Below, in pieces: positions 1 to 7,377 of a stretch of DNA of 34,705 nucleotides. This DNA comes from a virus. Its lineage: Duplodnaviria > Caudoviricetes. The notes beneath the pieces were generated by a model. The model had not been told where the DNA came from and made no database searches. It saw only the letters and a program-made list of their open reading frames with translations. Each line of letters begins with the position of its first letter. Position 1 is the stretch's first letter. The DNA lies in the IMG/VR virus record IMGVR_UViG_3300020045_021233, positions 1 to 34,705 of that record; one strand, written 5' to 3'. The position numbers and the translations under genes were made by a program.

Positions 1-169
1 AAGCTACACCCGTCCACGGTCCCGGAATCCGGGTATGTGTTCCATAAAACCACCTACAGAATTAAGTGAGGTCACATCAATTGTGTCCCTGGTCTTGCTT
101 GGTCCGGTAATAGAGTTCACCTCTGAGATATTCTCAAAAGCAGATCCATTCCATCTCCGAAACAACGTA
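1..169. repeat. Left arm of 169-nt inverted repeat (partner 397-565); fold-back chimera
   Basis: Reverse complement of 1-169 matches 397-565 at 161/169 positions; mismatches cluster toward the window end. Confidence 0.9.
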
Positions 170-198
170 CCTACACCAGAAATCGCTTTACTAGCCAT
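4..198 (-). pseudogene. N-terminal fragment of a phage tail tube protein (inverted duplicate of the 401-799 gene, carrying the true start MASKAISGVGT)
   Basis: Same peptide as 401..799; preceded by a canonical AGGAGGT SD (206-212, minus strand). Confidence 0.8.
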
Positions 199-218
199 TT
201 ATTTTACCTCCTTTTTTA

Positions 219-398
219 TCACCTCCGTTGGAGGTTTAAGTTAACAATAAAATTTGGATAGCCATTTTCATCCCAATTCAAAAAGTGTGGTCCATTGGCT
301 ATCTGAATACTCGAATATAGTGTCCCGTTCCATGTCTCTTGCGCCCGACCATGCAACGAAGTCCCTATGCTGTTAATCAGTTCAGAAGCCAAAGCATA
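219..398 (-). CDS. C-terminal fragment of a tail terminator / minor capsid-type protein of the foreign phage segment
   Basis: Minus frame reads YALASELINSIGTSLHGRAQETWNGTLYSSIQIANGPHFLNWDENGYPNFIVNLNLQRR*, directly upstream of the tail tube start. Confidence 0.55.
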   Translation of the reverse strand, partial: YALASELINSIGTSLHGRAQETWNGTLYSSIQIANGPHFLNWDENGYPNFIVNLNLQRR

Positions 399-565
399 CG
401 TTGTGTCGGAGATGGAATGGATCTGCTTTTGAGAATATCTCAGAGGTGAACTCTATTACCGGACCAAGCAAGACCAGGGACACAATTGATGTGACCTCAC
501 TTGATTCTGTAGGTGGTTATAGGGAACACATACCCGGATTCCGGGACGGTGGACAGGTTCAGCTT
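397..565. repeat. Right arm of 169-nt inverted repeat
   Basis: See 1-169. Confidence 0.9.
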
Positions 566-799
566 AATATGAATTTTACCCGTGCAACCTATGACAAGAT
601 GAACGCAGACTACGAAAGTAGTGCTTTGGGGTATTATCAGATTGTGTTGCCGGATACAGAACACACGACATTTGACTTTGCCGGATTTGTTACCGAACTT
701 CCTTTGTCTATTTCAGCAGATGATAAAATCACTGCCGATGTGACAATCAAAGTGAGTGGTCGGGTAATTGACGATTCGGGACCAAGTGCCGGAATTTAA
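401..799 (+). CDS. Phage tail tube protein (lambda V-like), 5'-truncated; foreign segment
   Basis: EVNSITGP...RDTIDVTSLDS.GGYREHIPGFRDGG.V.L.MNF...F.GFVT...ITADVTIKVSG pattern typical of tail tube proteins. Confidence 0.8.
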   Translation: MCRRWNGSAFENISEVNSITGPSKTRDTIDVTSLDSVGGYREHIPGFRDGGQVQLNMNFTRATYDKMNADYESSALGYYQIVLPDTEHTTFDFAGFVTELPLSISADDKITADVTIKVSGRVIDDSGPSAGI

Positions 800-864
800 G
801 AAAGTAAATCCTAATCATGGATTTTATTACTTTGCATTATTAATTTTAAATTATATTTCTAATC

Positions 865-1245
865 ATGGGACAATTAACAGCGCAGGATTTATTGAGTAAA
901 TCCAATTTGAAGATTGAAAAAGTTGATTTGGGTGAAGGTAATTTCGTTCACGTAAAACAAATGACTGCCAGAGAGCGTGACAAATGGCAGGGAATGATGG
1001 TTAAGCCGAAGACCAATGACAAAGGTGAGGTTATTGAAGGATATGATAATGACCTGTCTGATTTTAGCACCAAATTAGCAGTATTCACCGTATGTGATGA
1101 AAAAGGTGATTTGTTATTTACTGAGTATGACATTGACAAATTAGCGACTTCAATCAGTGCAAAAATGCTAGGCATTATTGTAGAAGCCGCCAGTGTTTTG
1201 AATAAGGTTTCAGAGGAAGGAAAAAAAGAAAGAGTAAAAAAATAG
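865..1245 (+). CDS. Tail assembly chaperone (G-like) of foreign segment
   Basis: Follows tail tube; V.VKQMTARERD..., TVCDEKG.LLF motifs; ends in A AAA AAA slippery run (1236-1242) whose -1 frame continues IEGLPNKLFQFRLCRELG. Confidence 0.75.
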   Translation: MGQLTAQDLLSKSNLKIEKVDLGEGNFVHVKQMTARERDKWQGMMVKPKTNDKGEVIEGYDNDLSDFSTKLAVFTVCDEKGDLLFTEYDIDKLATSISAKMLGIIVEAASVLNKVSEEGKKERVKK

Positions 1246-1340
1246 AAGGCCTCCCCAACAAACTGTTTCAATTTAGATTGTGCAGGGAGTTGGGGGTCAT
1301 ACACCCTGATTATCTTTTAGACAATTTAACATCAGAGCAA
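1242..1340 (+). CDS. -1 frameshift extension (GT-like) of tail assembly chaperone, truncated by a chimeric junction
   Basis: -1 frame IEGLPNKLFQFRLCRELGVIHPDYLLDNLTSEQ resembles T-segment motifs (F.F.LA.ELG...L...LTS.E). Confidence 0.6.
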
Positions 1341-1691
1341 ATTTATTGGTACAAGTATTTTGGACAGCAGCTGATTGATACAAAGAAATTAACAAAGCCA
1401 GATTTGATTCATCTTCACCAATTAGCTACTTCTGTAGATTATTATATACAGGCGGAAAATGAAATAAGAAAAAAAGGATTTCAAAATGGATTAATTCAAG
1501 TTTTTAAGGGTGGAGCAACAAATGTTTCTGGCTATGTTACTATTCGTGAAAAAATGATAAAAGAAATTAACGGATTATCAAAACACTTTGGATTCTCTTT
1601 TTCTGATAGATCTAAACTTAATGAAAATGCTCCAACTAATGATGGTCAAATTGATTTGTTTGATGCATTTGCAAAAGCTAAACACGGATAA
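1341..1691 (+). CDS. terS: Terminase small subunit, P27 family (5' end missing)
   Basis: L...DL..L..LA...D.Y..AE..I...G...; SGY.TI...M.K.I..LS..FGFSFSDRSKL corresponds to the P27 GLTPxSR motif; upstream of terL. Confidence 0.75.
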   Translation: MYWYKYFGQQLIDTKKLTKPDLIHLHQLATSVDYYIQAENEIRKKGFQNGLIQVFKGGATNVSGYVTIREKMIKEINGLSKHFGFSFSDRSKLNENAPTNDGQIDLFDAFAKAKHG

Positions 1692-1723
1692 AATTTAAAA
1701 TAATTATTAATAAACAAAAAAAA

Positions 1724-2200
1724 ATGGAAACACTTAACATTACAAAAGAAAATGCTTTAAAAGCATACGGTTCAGCCGACAAAAAAGGAAAATCGATTTT
1801 AGAAAATTTACTTGGAAAAAATGTTTTTCAAAAAGAAATCACAGAACGAGTAAGTTGCTTTGATGATATTTTACAGGAATTATCAATTGATAAATCAGAA
1901 TTTGAAAAGTCATGTAAAGGACTTGAATCAGATGAAGTAGCCTACAGAAAAGCAAAGCTTGTTTGTAAAGCACTAAATGAAGGCTGGGTTCCAGATTGGA
2001 CCAATGGTCAATATGACAAATATTTTCTATGGTTTAAGATGGGTTCTTCTTCGGGCGTCTGTTTCGCGTACAACGGCTACGGTCACTGGTGCACGGTTTC
2101 GGTTGTCGGCTCGCACCTTTGCTTTAAATCTTCAAAATTAGCAGAGTTTGCAGGGAAATTATTTGAACAAGAAATCTATAAACCATTATTTACTTTATAA
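1724..2200 (+). CDS. DGR target protein 1 (158 aa, variable repeat VR1)
   Basis: Contains VR1; paralogue of 2213..2587 (KAlNxxWVPDWT...QY.KY..WF.MGSSSGV...VGS.LCF....AEFAGK.F); no signal peptide or TM segment. Confidence 0.9.
   Translation: METLNITKENALKAYGSADKKGKSILENLLGKNVFQKEITERVSCFDDILQELSIDKSEFEKSCKGLESDEVAYRKAKLVCKALNEGWVPDWTNGQYDKYFLWFKMGSSSGVCFAYNGYGHWCTVSVVGSHLCFKSSKLAEFAGKLFEQEIYKPLFTL
2042..2122 (+). repeat. DGR variable repeat VR1
   Basis: 81-nt copy of TR; 14 of 15 mismatches fall on TR adenines; the exception is at the 3' edge (ctg/ctt). Confidence 0.95.
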
Positions 2201-2212
2201 AATTAATCAATT

Positions 2213-2587
2213 ATGTACACAGAAATCACAACATTTGAAAAAGCCTGCGAAGTTCTAAAACTAGATGCGGCAACAGTTATTCCAGATTTTCAATTTTTTC
2301 CAGAATCCGATAAACAAGCGATGGTAGATCATGCAAAACTTGTAATAATTGCAAAAGCCATTAATGGTGATTGGGTTCCAGACTGGACAGATTATGATCA
2401 GTATAAATATTATCCATGGTTTGAGATGGGTTCTTCTTCGGGCGTCGGTTTCGCGTACGGCGACTACGCTACCTGGCTCACGGGTTCGCGTGTCGGCTCG
2501 CGCCTTTGCTTCGAAACTAGAGAAAAAGCAGAGTTTGCTGGTAAACAATTTGAAGAATTGTATAAAAGCTATTTCGTAAAAGCATAA
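2213..2587 (+). CDS. DGR target protein 2 (124 aa, variable repeat VR2)
   Basis: Contains VR2; paralogue of target 1 lacking its ~38-aa N-terminal extension. Confidence 0.9.
   Translation: MYTEITTFEKACEVLKLDAATVIPDFQFFPESDKQAMVDHAKLVIIAKAINGDWVPDWTDYDQYKYYPWFEMGSSSGVGFAYGDYATWLTGSRVGSRLCFETREKAEFAGKQFEELYKSYFVKA
2429..2509 (+). repeat. DGR variable repeat VR2
   Basis: 81-nt copy of TR; 16 of 17 mismatches fall on TR adenines. Confidence 0.95.
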
Positions 2588-2593
2588 TAAACA

Positions 2594-2790
2594 AAGGTTG
2601 TGCCGTGTAGTTGCTGTAGTTCTTCTTCAGGCGTCAGTTTCGCGTACAACGACTACGATAACTGGAACACGAATTCGAATGTCAGCTCGCACCTGAGCAA
2701 AATATTAAAACACGGCAAACCTTGCAATCATTGCAAAAAATAAATTTTTAACCGGCGCATTAGTAAGTAAAATGAAAATGAGCCAATTAA
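2594..2790 (+). ncRNA. Putative DGR template RNA (TR plus structured flanks/spacer)
   Basis: 2594-2608 pairs with 2710-2723 enclosing TR; hairpin ttgcaa-tca-ttgcaa 2722-2736; stem 2748-2761/2777-2790. Confidence 0.6.
2618..2698 (+). repeat. DGR template repeat (TR)
   Basis: Intergenic, immediately upstream of RT, 21 adenines, five AAC/AAT codons in target frame; ungapped match to VR1 and VR2. Confidence 0.95.
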
Positions 2791-2798
2791 GCAAAGGA

Positions 2799-3842
2799 AT
2801 GAAACGATTAGGAAACATATTTCAAGAAATAATTTCAATAGAAAACCTAGTTCTAGCAGAAAAAAAAGCCAGAAAAGGAAAATCTAGTCAATACGGTGTG
2901 CAAGTATTTGATAAAAATGCCGATGAAAACCTATTGAAATTAAATCAAATGCTATCTGAAAAAACATTCCAAACTTCAACTTATAAAGTATTTCCGGTTT
3001 ACGAACCAAAAGAACGCTTAGTTTATCAATTACCTTATTTTCCAGATAGAATTGTGCATCATGCAATTATGAATCAACTAGAAAAAATGTTTAATTCAGT
3101 GTTCACTTCAGATAGTTACAGCTGCATAAAAGGTCGTGGAATTCATGGTGCATTTTACAATTTAAAAAATGCATTGAAAGATGTAGAAAATACAAAATAT
3201 TGCTTAAAAATTGATATTGTAAAGTTCTATCCAAATGTGAATCACCAAGTTTTAAAAACTCTAATCCGAAAAAAAATAAAGGATCAAGATTTACTTTGGT
3301 TGCTAGATGAAATTATCGATAGTGCCGATGGTTTACCAATTGGAAATTACCTTAGTCAATACTTTGCTAATTTCTATCTAACTTATTTTGATCACTGGCT
3401 AAAAGAGGTGAAAAAAGTAAAATACTATTTCAGATACGCCGATGATATTGTAATTCTTTCAAACAATAAACCAGAATTACACCAACTTCTAGAAGAAATG
3501 AATGTCTATTTATCTGAAAATTTAAAACTAAGGATAAAAGATAATTACCAGGTATTTCCTGTAGAAAAACGCGGAATCGATTTTATTGGTTATGTATTTT
3601 TTCACACGCACATTCTTATTAGAAAATCAATTAAACAAAGTTACGCACGTGCCATTTCTAAAAATAAACCTGCTGCAACATTAGCAGCTTACAACGGATG
3701 GTTAATGCACGCAAATACCACAAACTTAATCAACAAATTACAACCAAATGAACGATACAATAAAGAAGTTTTCCGACTTCAACATAAAACCAATTATAAC
3801 AAATTTCGTAGGCGACAAAATACCGATGCAGAAATTAATTGA
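2799..3842 (+). CDS. DGR reverse transcriptase
   Basis: MKRLGN start, YEPKERLV..LPYFPDRIVHHA, LKIDIVKFYP, GLPIGNYLSQ (DGR-type SQ), YFRYADD, GIDFIGY; no maturase/endonuclease domain; start placed at ATG 2799. Confidence 0.93.
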   Translation: MKRLGNIFQEIISIENLVLAEKKARKGKSSQYGVQVFDKNADENLLKLNQMLSEKTFQTSTYKVFPVYEPKERLVYQLPYFPDRIVHHAIMNQLEKMFNSVFTSDSYSCIKGRGIHGAFYNLKNALKDVENTKYCLKIDIVKFYPNVNHQVLKTLIRKKIKDQDLLWLLDEIIDSADGLPIGNYLSQYFANFYLTYFDHWLKEVKKVKYYFRYADDIVILSNNKPELHQLLEEMNVYLSENLKLRIKDNYQVFPVEKRGIDFIGYVFFHTHILIRKSIKQSYARAISKNKPAATLAAYNGWLMHANTTNLINKLQPNERYNKEVFRLQHKTNYNKFRRRQNTDAEIN

Positions 3843-4056
3843 CAAAAATATAATTGTCAAAGATTTCAAATTTGAAAATTCAAAATTTGAAGGAAAAGAT
3901 AAAAGAGTTGATATTCAAATTGAATATCGTGAAGAACCAAGACTGATAATGACTGATGCAAAATACATAATTCAGTTATTAGAAAGAATACCAAAAGACA
4001 ATTTACCATTTTCAACTACAATAATCAAAAACGGCGAACACTATGAATTCGCGTAA
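3748..4056 (+). CDS. Small beta-rich protein overlapping RT 3' end; candidate DGR accessory factor
   Basis: 102 aa, KKFSDFNIKP...IIVKDFK...IQIEY...LPFSTTIIK...YEF; 95-nt overlap with RT; not helical like Avd. Confidence 0.65.
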   Translation: MNDTIKKFSDFNIKPIITNFVGDKIPMQKLIDKNIIVKDFKFENSKFEGKDKRVDIQIEYREEPRLIMTDAKYIIQLLERIPKDNLPFSTTIIKNGEHYEFA

Positions 4057-4062
4057 ATTCAA

Positions 4063-4981
4063 ATGGATAACTTAATTAATAAAATTGCTGATTCTGAAAG
4101 AATATTTCTTCAAGCTGTTAAGAAATTTAAGCCTTCTGTAATAATTGCTTTAGTTTCTGGTGGTGATGATAGTATGGCAATGTATTGTGTAGCAAATTTA
4201 ATTGGAAAAATTGATCATGTTGTGCATGTTGATACAACAACTGGAATAGAAGCAACAACTGAATTTGTAAAACAAAATGTAAATCACGATTTAATAATTG
4301 CTAGAACAAATGAAGAAACTTTTGAAGAAATAGTTTTAAAAAATGGTTTTCCTGGTGCTGGTCAGCATCAAAATATGTACATAAGATTAAAAGAACGTGC
4401 TTTAAGAATAGTACAACGTAGATTTCAATATGATGGAAGCTTTTGTCGAATTGATAGTACAACCGCTTATAAAAAAAATGTTCCATTAGTCTATCATCCA
4501 GATTACCCAAATATTGAATCTTTGGTAATAAAAAAACCAAATCGTAAAATAATGTTTATTTCTGGTGGAAGAAAAGATGAAAGCATTCGGCGTATGGGAA
4601 CTGTAAAAGAAATTCATAAAGAAGGTAATCAAGTGTGGGTTTCGCTAATTGCTAATTGGAACAAGTCAGATATATATCAATTACAAAAAAAATATAATCT
4701 TAAAAGAAGTCCAACAAGCATTTTATTAGGAAGAAGCGGTGAGTGTAACTGTGGATCTTATGGATTTCCAGAAGAAGTAGATGAAATGAAATATTTTTTC
4801 CCAGATGATAAAAATGTAAATATGATTATTAGGCTTCAAAATGAATTAAAGCAATCTGGTCATAAATATTGCACTTATGGACATTCTGGAAATAACAGAA
4901 AATTTAATTCGGAAAAAAAAATCAATTCCGCACTTATGTAGCACTTGTATAAATAATCCTAAAGCATTAATTAATAACTAA
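4063..4981 (+). CDS. PAPS-reductase-family (PP-loop) protein, frameshifted near the C-terminus
   Basis: SGGDDS PP-loop, HVDTTTG, GGRKDESIRR, SGECNCG; annotated frame stops at 4941, but the +1 frame after the A9 run (4913-4921) gives SIPHLCSTCINNPKALINN* ending 4981. Confidence 0.75.
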
Positions 4982-4992
4982 ATAAAACAACC

Positions 4993-5187
4993 ATGCCAAC
5001 ACAAGTAAGATTACACCAATTAAGTGATTTATCAAATGAAGAATCACCAAATGAAATTTTTCTAGAAACTGAAATCAATACTCAATTAAGAATTGTTTCA
5101 AAACCTTCCGGTGAAACTATTATTAGTTTTCCTTATGGTAATAAGTTCGATATAATAAACGGTCATATAATAATTCACGAAAAATGA
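4993..5187 (+). CDS. Hypothetical protein (64 aa)
   Basis: ORF in operon context, A-rich leader. Confidence 0.6.
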   Translation: MPTQVRLHQLSDLSNEESPNEIFLETEINTQLRIVSKPSGETIISFPYGNKFDIINGHIIIHEK

Positions 5188-5360
5188 AAAATTGGATAAT
5201 TAAAAATTACAATAGAAAAAATAATTTCGATTTTGGATTTGCTTTTTCTTATGATAAAACAGGGTTTGATATTTTATTTCTTGTTTGGACAATATCTTAC
5301 GATTTTAAAGTAAAAAATAATAGTTTTAAATCTGGTGGATTAGTAAACACAAAAAAATAA
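5184..5360 (+). CDS. Hypothetical protein (58 aa, MKNWIIKNYNRK...), not in ORF track
   Basis: ATGA overlap with previous stop; fills the gap to terL. Confidence 0.55.
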   Translation: MKNWIIKNYNRKNNFDFGFAFSYDKTGFDILFLVWTISYDFKVKNNSFKSGGLVNTKK

Positions 5361-5368
5361 TTACATTA

Positions 5369-7102
5369 ATGCAACCAACCCAACAACAATTAAATTCAGT
5401 TCCGTTCCAGTACGCAAACGATGTGCGAACTGGTAAAATAATCGTTGGAAAACGCATCAAGCAAGCGGTGGAACGTTTCTACACCTGGATAGAAAACGCC
5501 GAAACCGATGGCTATATTCTGGACCACGAAAAAGGAATGAAAATTATAAATTTTTATCCTTCTTTTCTAAATCACACCATCGGTAAATTAGCAGGTAAAC
5601 CTTTCGAATTAGCACCATTTCAACAATTCACAATGTACAATTTGTTTGGATGGATAAACGAAAAGACTGGTTATCGCCGAATAAACACCGTTTACGACAA
5701 ACGCGCAAAGAAGAACGGAAAAACAGCAGAAATGGCTGGTTTGGCTTTGTACTGTTTGTCTTTTGATATGGAAATGGAAGCGCAAATCTACGTTGGTGCA
5801 ACCAAAGAAGAACAGGCGCGCATTTGTTGGAAACAAGCTAAAATGTACATCGAAAGTCCTGTTGCAAATCCTGCATTACGAAATATGGGTTTCTATTGTC
5901 AGCAAAAAGTAATAGGTTTTAAACGTACCGGATCTACAATGATGCCTTTGGGTGGCGATTCTAAAACGCAAGATGGTGTAAACTGTCATTTAGGTATTAT
6001 CGATGAATATCACGGCCACAAAGACGATTCTGTAAAAGAAAATCTAGAATCATCTACAGTACAGCGTTCACAACCAATTATCTACCAAATTACAACAGCT
6101 GGAGCCAATATTCAATCCGCTTGTAAACGTTATGAAGAAAGTGTTATCGAAGTTTTAGAAGGTAGAAATGTAGATCACTCACTTTGGATAATGATTCATG
6201 ATATAGATCAAGAAGATTTAGCAACTCCAGAAAGTTGGGAAAACTCGGAATTGTGGTGTAAAGCAAATCCGCTGCTTGGAAATGGTTTGGCTTTAGAAGG
6301 AATTCAAAAAGAATACACCAAAGCAATAAATCAAGCTTCCAAAATTCGAAACTTCAAAACTAAAAATTTAAACATGTGGGTGGACCAGCAATTCGACTGG
6401 ATTCCAACTGACATCTGGATGCGTAATAAAGTAGATATTATTCCGTTATCAATATTCACAAAACTAGGAAGTTACGCAGGATTAGATTTATCGACAACAA
6501 CCGATTTATCAGCATTTTCAATCCTTTCGGAACCGAATGATTTTGGCGAACGATTTTTAAAGGTTTGGTTGTTTTGTCCCAAAAATACAATCGAACGTAG
6601 AAGTAAAGAAGATCGTGTACCATATCAGTATTGGGCTGATAATGGTTATATTATTGCAACGCCTGGTGATGTAATTGATTATGCCGAAATTGAAAAAGTT
6701 ATTCTAAAAAATTATTACAGCTACAATGTAAAACGTATCGGTTTCGACAGATACAATGCCTGGGATTTAATCCAGCGATTACAGGAAGCAAATTTAAACG
6801 TATCAGAATTTAGTCAAGCCATTGGTGTGATTTCCGCACCAACAAAAGAATTCGAAAAGCTAGTAAGTTCAGATAAAATTAAACATGATGGCAATCCGGC
6901 ATTAGCTTGGATGCTCGCTTCGTGTGATATTTATCGCGATGCTAACGAAAATATAAAAGTACACAAAGGTCGTTCTAGTGCAAATGGTCGCCGTGTAGAT
7001 GGAATTATTGCAACAATAAATGCACTAGGTGAATCTATGTCAACACCAGAAGAAACAAACGAATCATATTATAATAAAGAAGATTCAGAATTTATTTGTT
7101 AA
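5369..7102 (+). CDS. terL: Terminase large subunit
   Basis: FELAPFQQF, KRAKKNGKT Walker A, GIIDEYH Walker B, ITTAG, GLDLSTTTDL, RVDGIIA. Confidence 0.95.
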   Translation: MQPTQQQLNSVPFQYANDVRTGKIIVGKRIKQAVERFYTWIENAETDGYILDHEKGMKIINFYPSFLNHTIGKLAGKPFELAPFQQFTMYNLFGWINEKTGYRRINTVYDKRAKKNGKTAEMAGLALYCLSFDMEMEAQIYVGATKEEQARICWKQAKMYIESPVANPALRNMGFYCQQKVIGFKRTGSTMMPLGGDSKTQDGVNCHLGIIDEYHGHKDDSVKENLESSTVQRSQPIIYQITTAGANIQSACKRYEESVIEVLEGRNVDHSLWIMIHDIDQEDLATPESWENSELWCKANPLLGNGLALEGIQKEYTKAINQASKIRNFKTKNLNMWVDQQFDWIPTDIWMRNKVDIIPLSIFTKLGSYAGLDLSTTTDLSAFSILSEPNDFGERFLKVWLFCPKNTIERRSKEDRVPYQYWADNGYIIATPGDVIDYAEIEKVILKNYYSYNVKRIGFDRYNAWDLIQRLQEANLNVSEFSQAIGVISAPTKEFEKLVSSDKIKHDGNPALAWMLASCDIYRDANENIKVHKGRSSANGRRVDGIIATINALGESMSTPEETNESYYNKEDSEFIC

Positions 7103-7122
7103 CCAAAATAAACCCTAAAAAC

Positions 7123-7377
7123 ATGACACAAGCTGAAGAAAACGCCTTACGAATTTACATCGCTAAACTCGAAAAACAAAATGCAATGATGTTGAAGCTT
7201 TCTACAACATCTGGTTTTTATGAATTTTATTTTGCTGAACTAAAAACGGCGAAATCAAATATTGAAGCTTTCAACACGGTTAACGAAATATATCACACAC
7301 TTTTCAATCGGTACAGGTATTCAGATTGGAACTCTTTTAAAAAAATGACTAACTATTATAACAATAAACGAAAATGA
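7123..7377 (+). CDS. Hypothetical protein after terL
   Basis: ORF with ATG at 7123 (track start 7096); GFYEFYF...RYRYSDWNSFK. Confidence 0.65.
   Translation: MTQAEENALRIYIAKLEKQNAMMLKLSTTSGFYEFYFAELKTAKSNIEAFNTVNEIYHTLFNRYRYSDWNSFKKMTNYYNNKRK

Larger units (their letters stand above)
1724..4056 (+). mobile_element. Diversity-generating retroelement cassette (target1-target2-TR-RT-accessory)
   Basis: TR/VR pairs with adenine-specific mismatches next to a DGR-type RT. Confidence 0.9.

Noticed and set aside
1-169. Mismatches between the two tail-tube copies as a further DGR TR/VR pair
   Set aside because: The copies are inverted, only 2 of 8 differences are at adenines, one creates a stop, and they cluster at the contig end like read errors
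1278-1691. Novel chaperone-terminase fusion protein
   Set aside because: Better explained by a chimeric junction near 1340 between two phages
2140-2151. agcagagtttgc 18 nt after both VRs (also 2527-2538) as a homing hairpin
   Set aside because: The stem is only 3-4 bp and the identity is explained by conserved AEFA codons; not supportable without homologues
2261-2579. Alternative-frame ORFs 2261..2548 (-) and 2349..2579 (+)
   Set aside because: Shadows of target 2 caused by the GC-rich, stop-poor VR
2772-3842. RT as group II intron, retron or Abi RT; start at 2772
   Set aside because: SQ motif, short length, no maturase/endonuclease domain and adjacent TR/VR indicate a DGR; 2772-2798 lies in the structured spacer, and MKRLGN at 2799 is the more typical start
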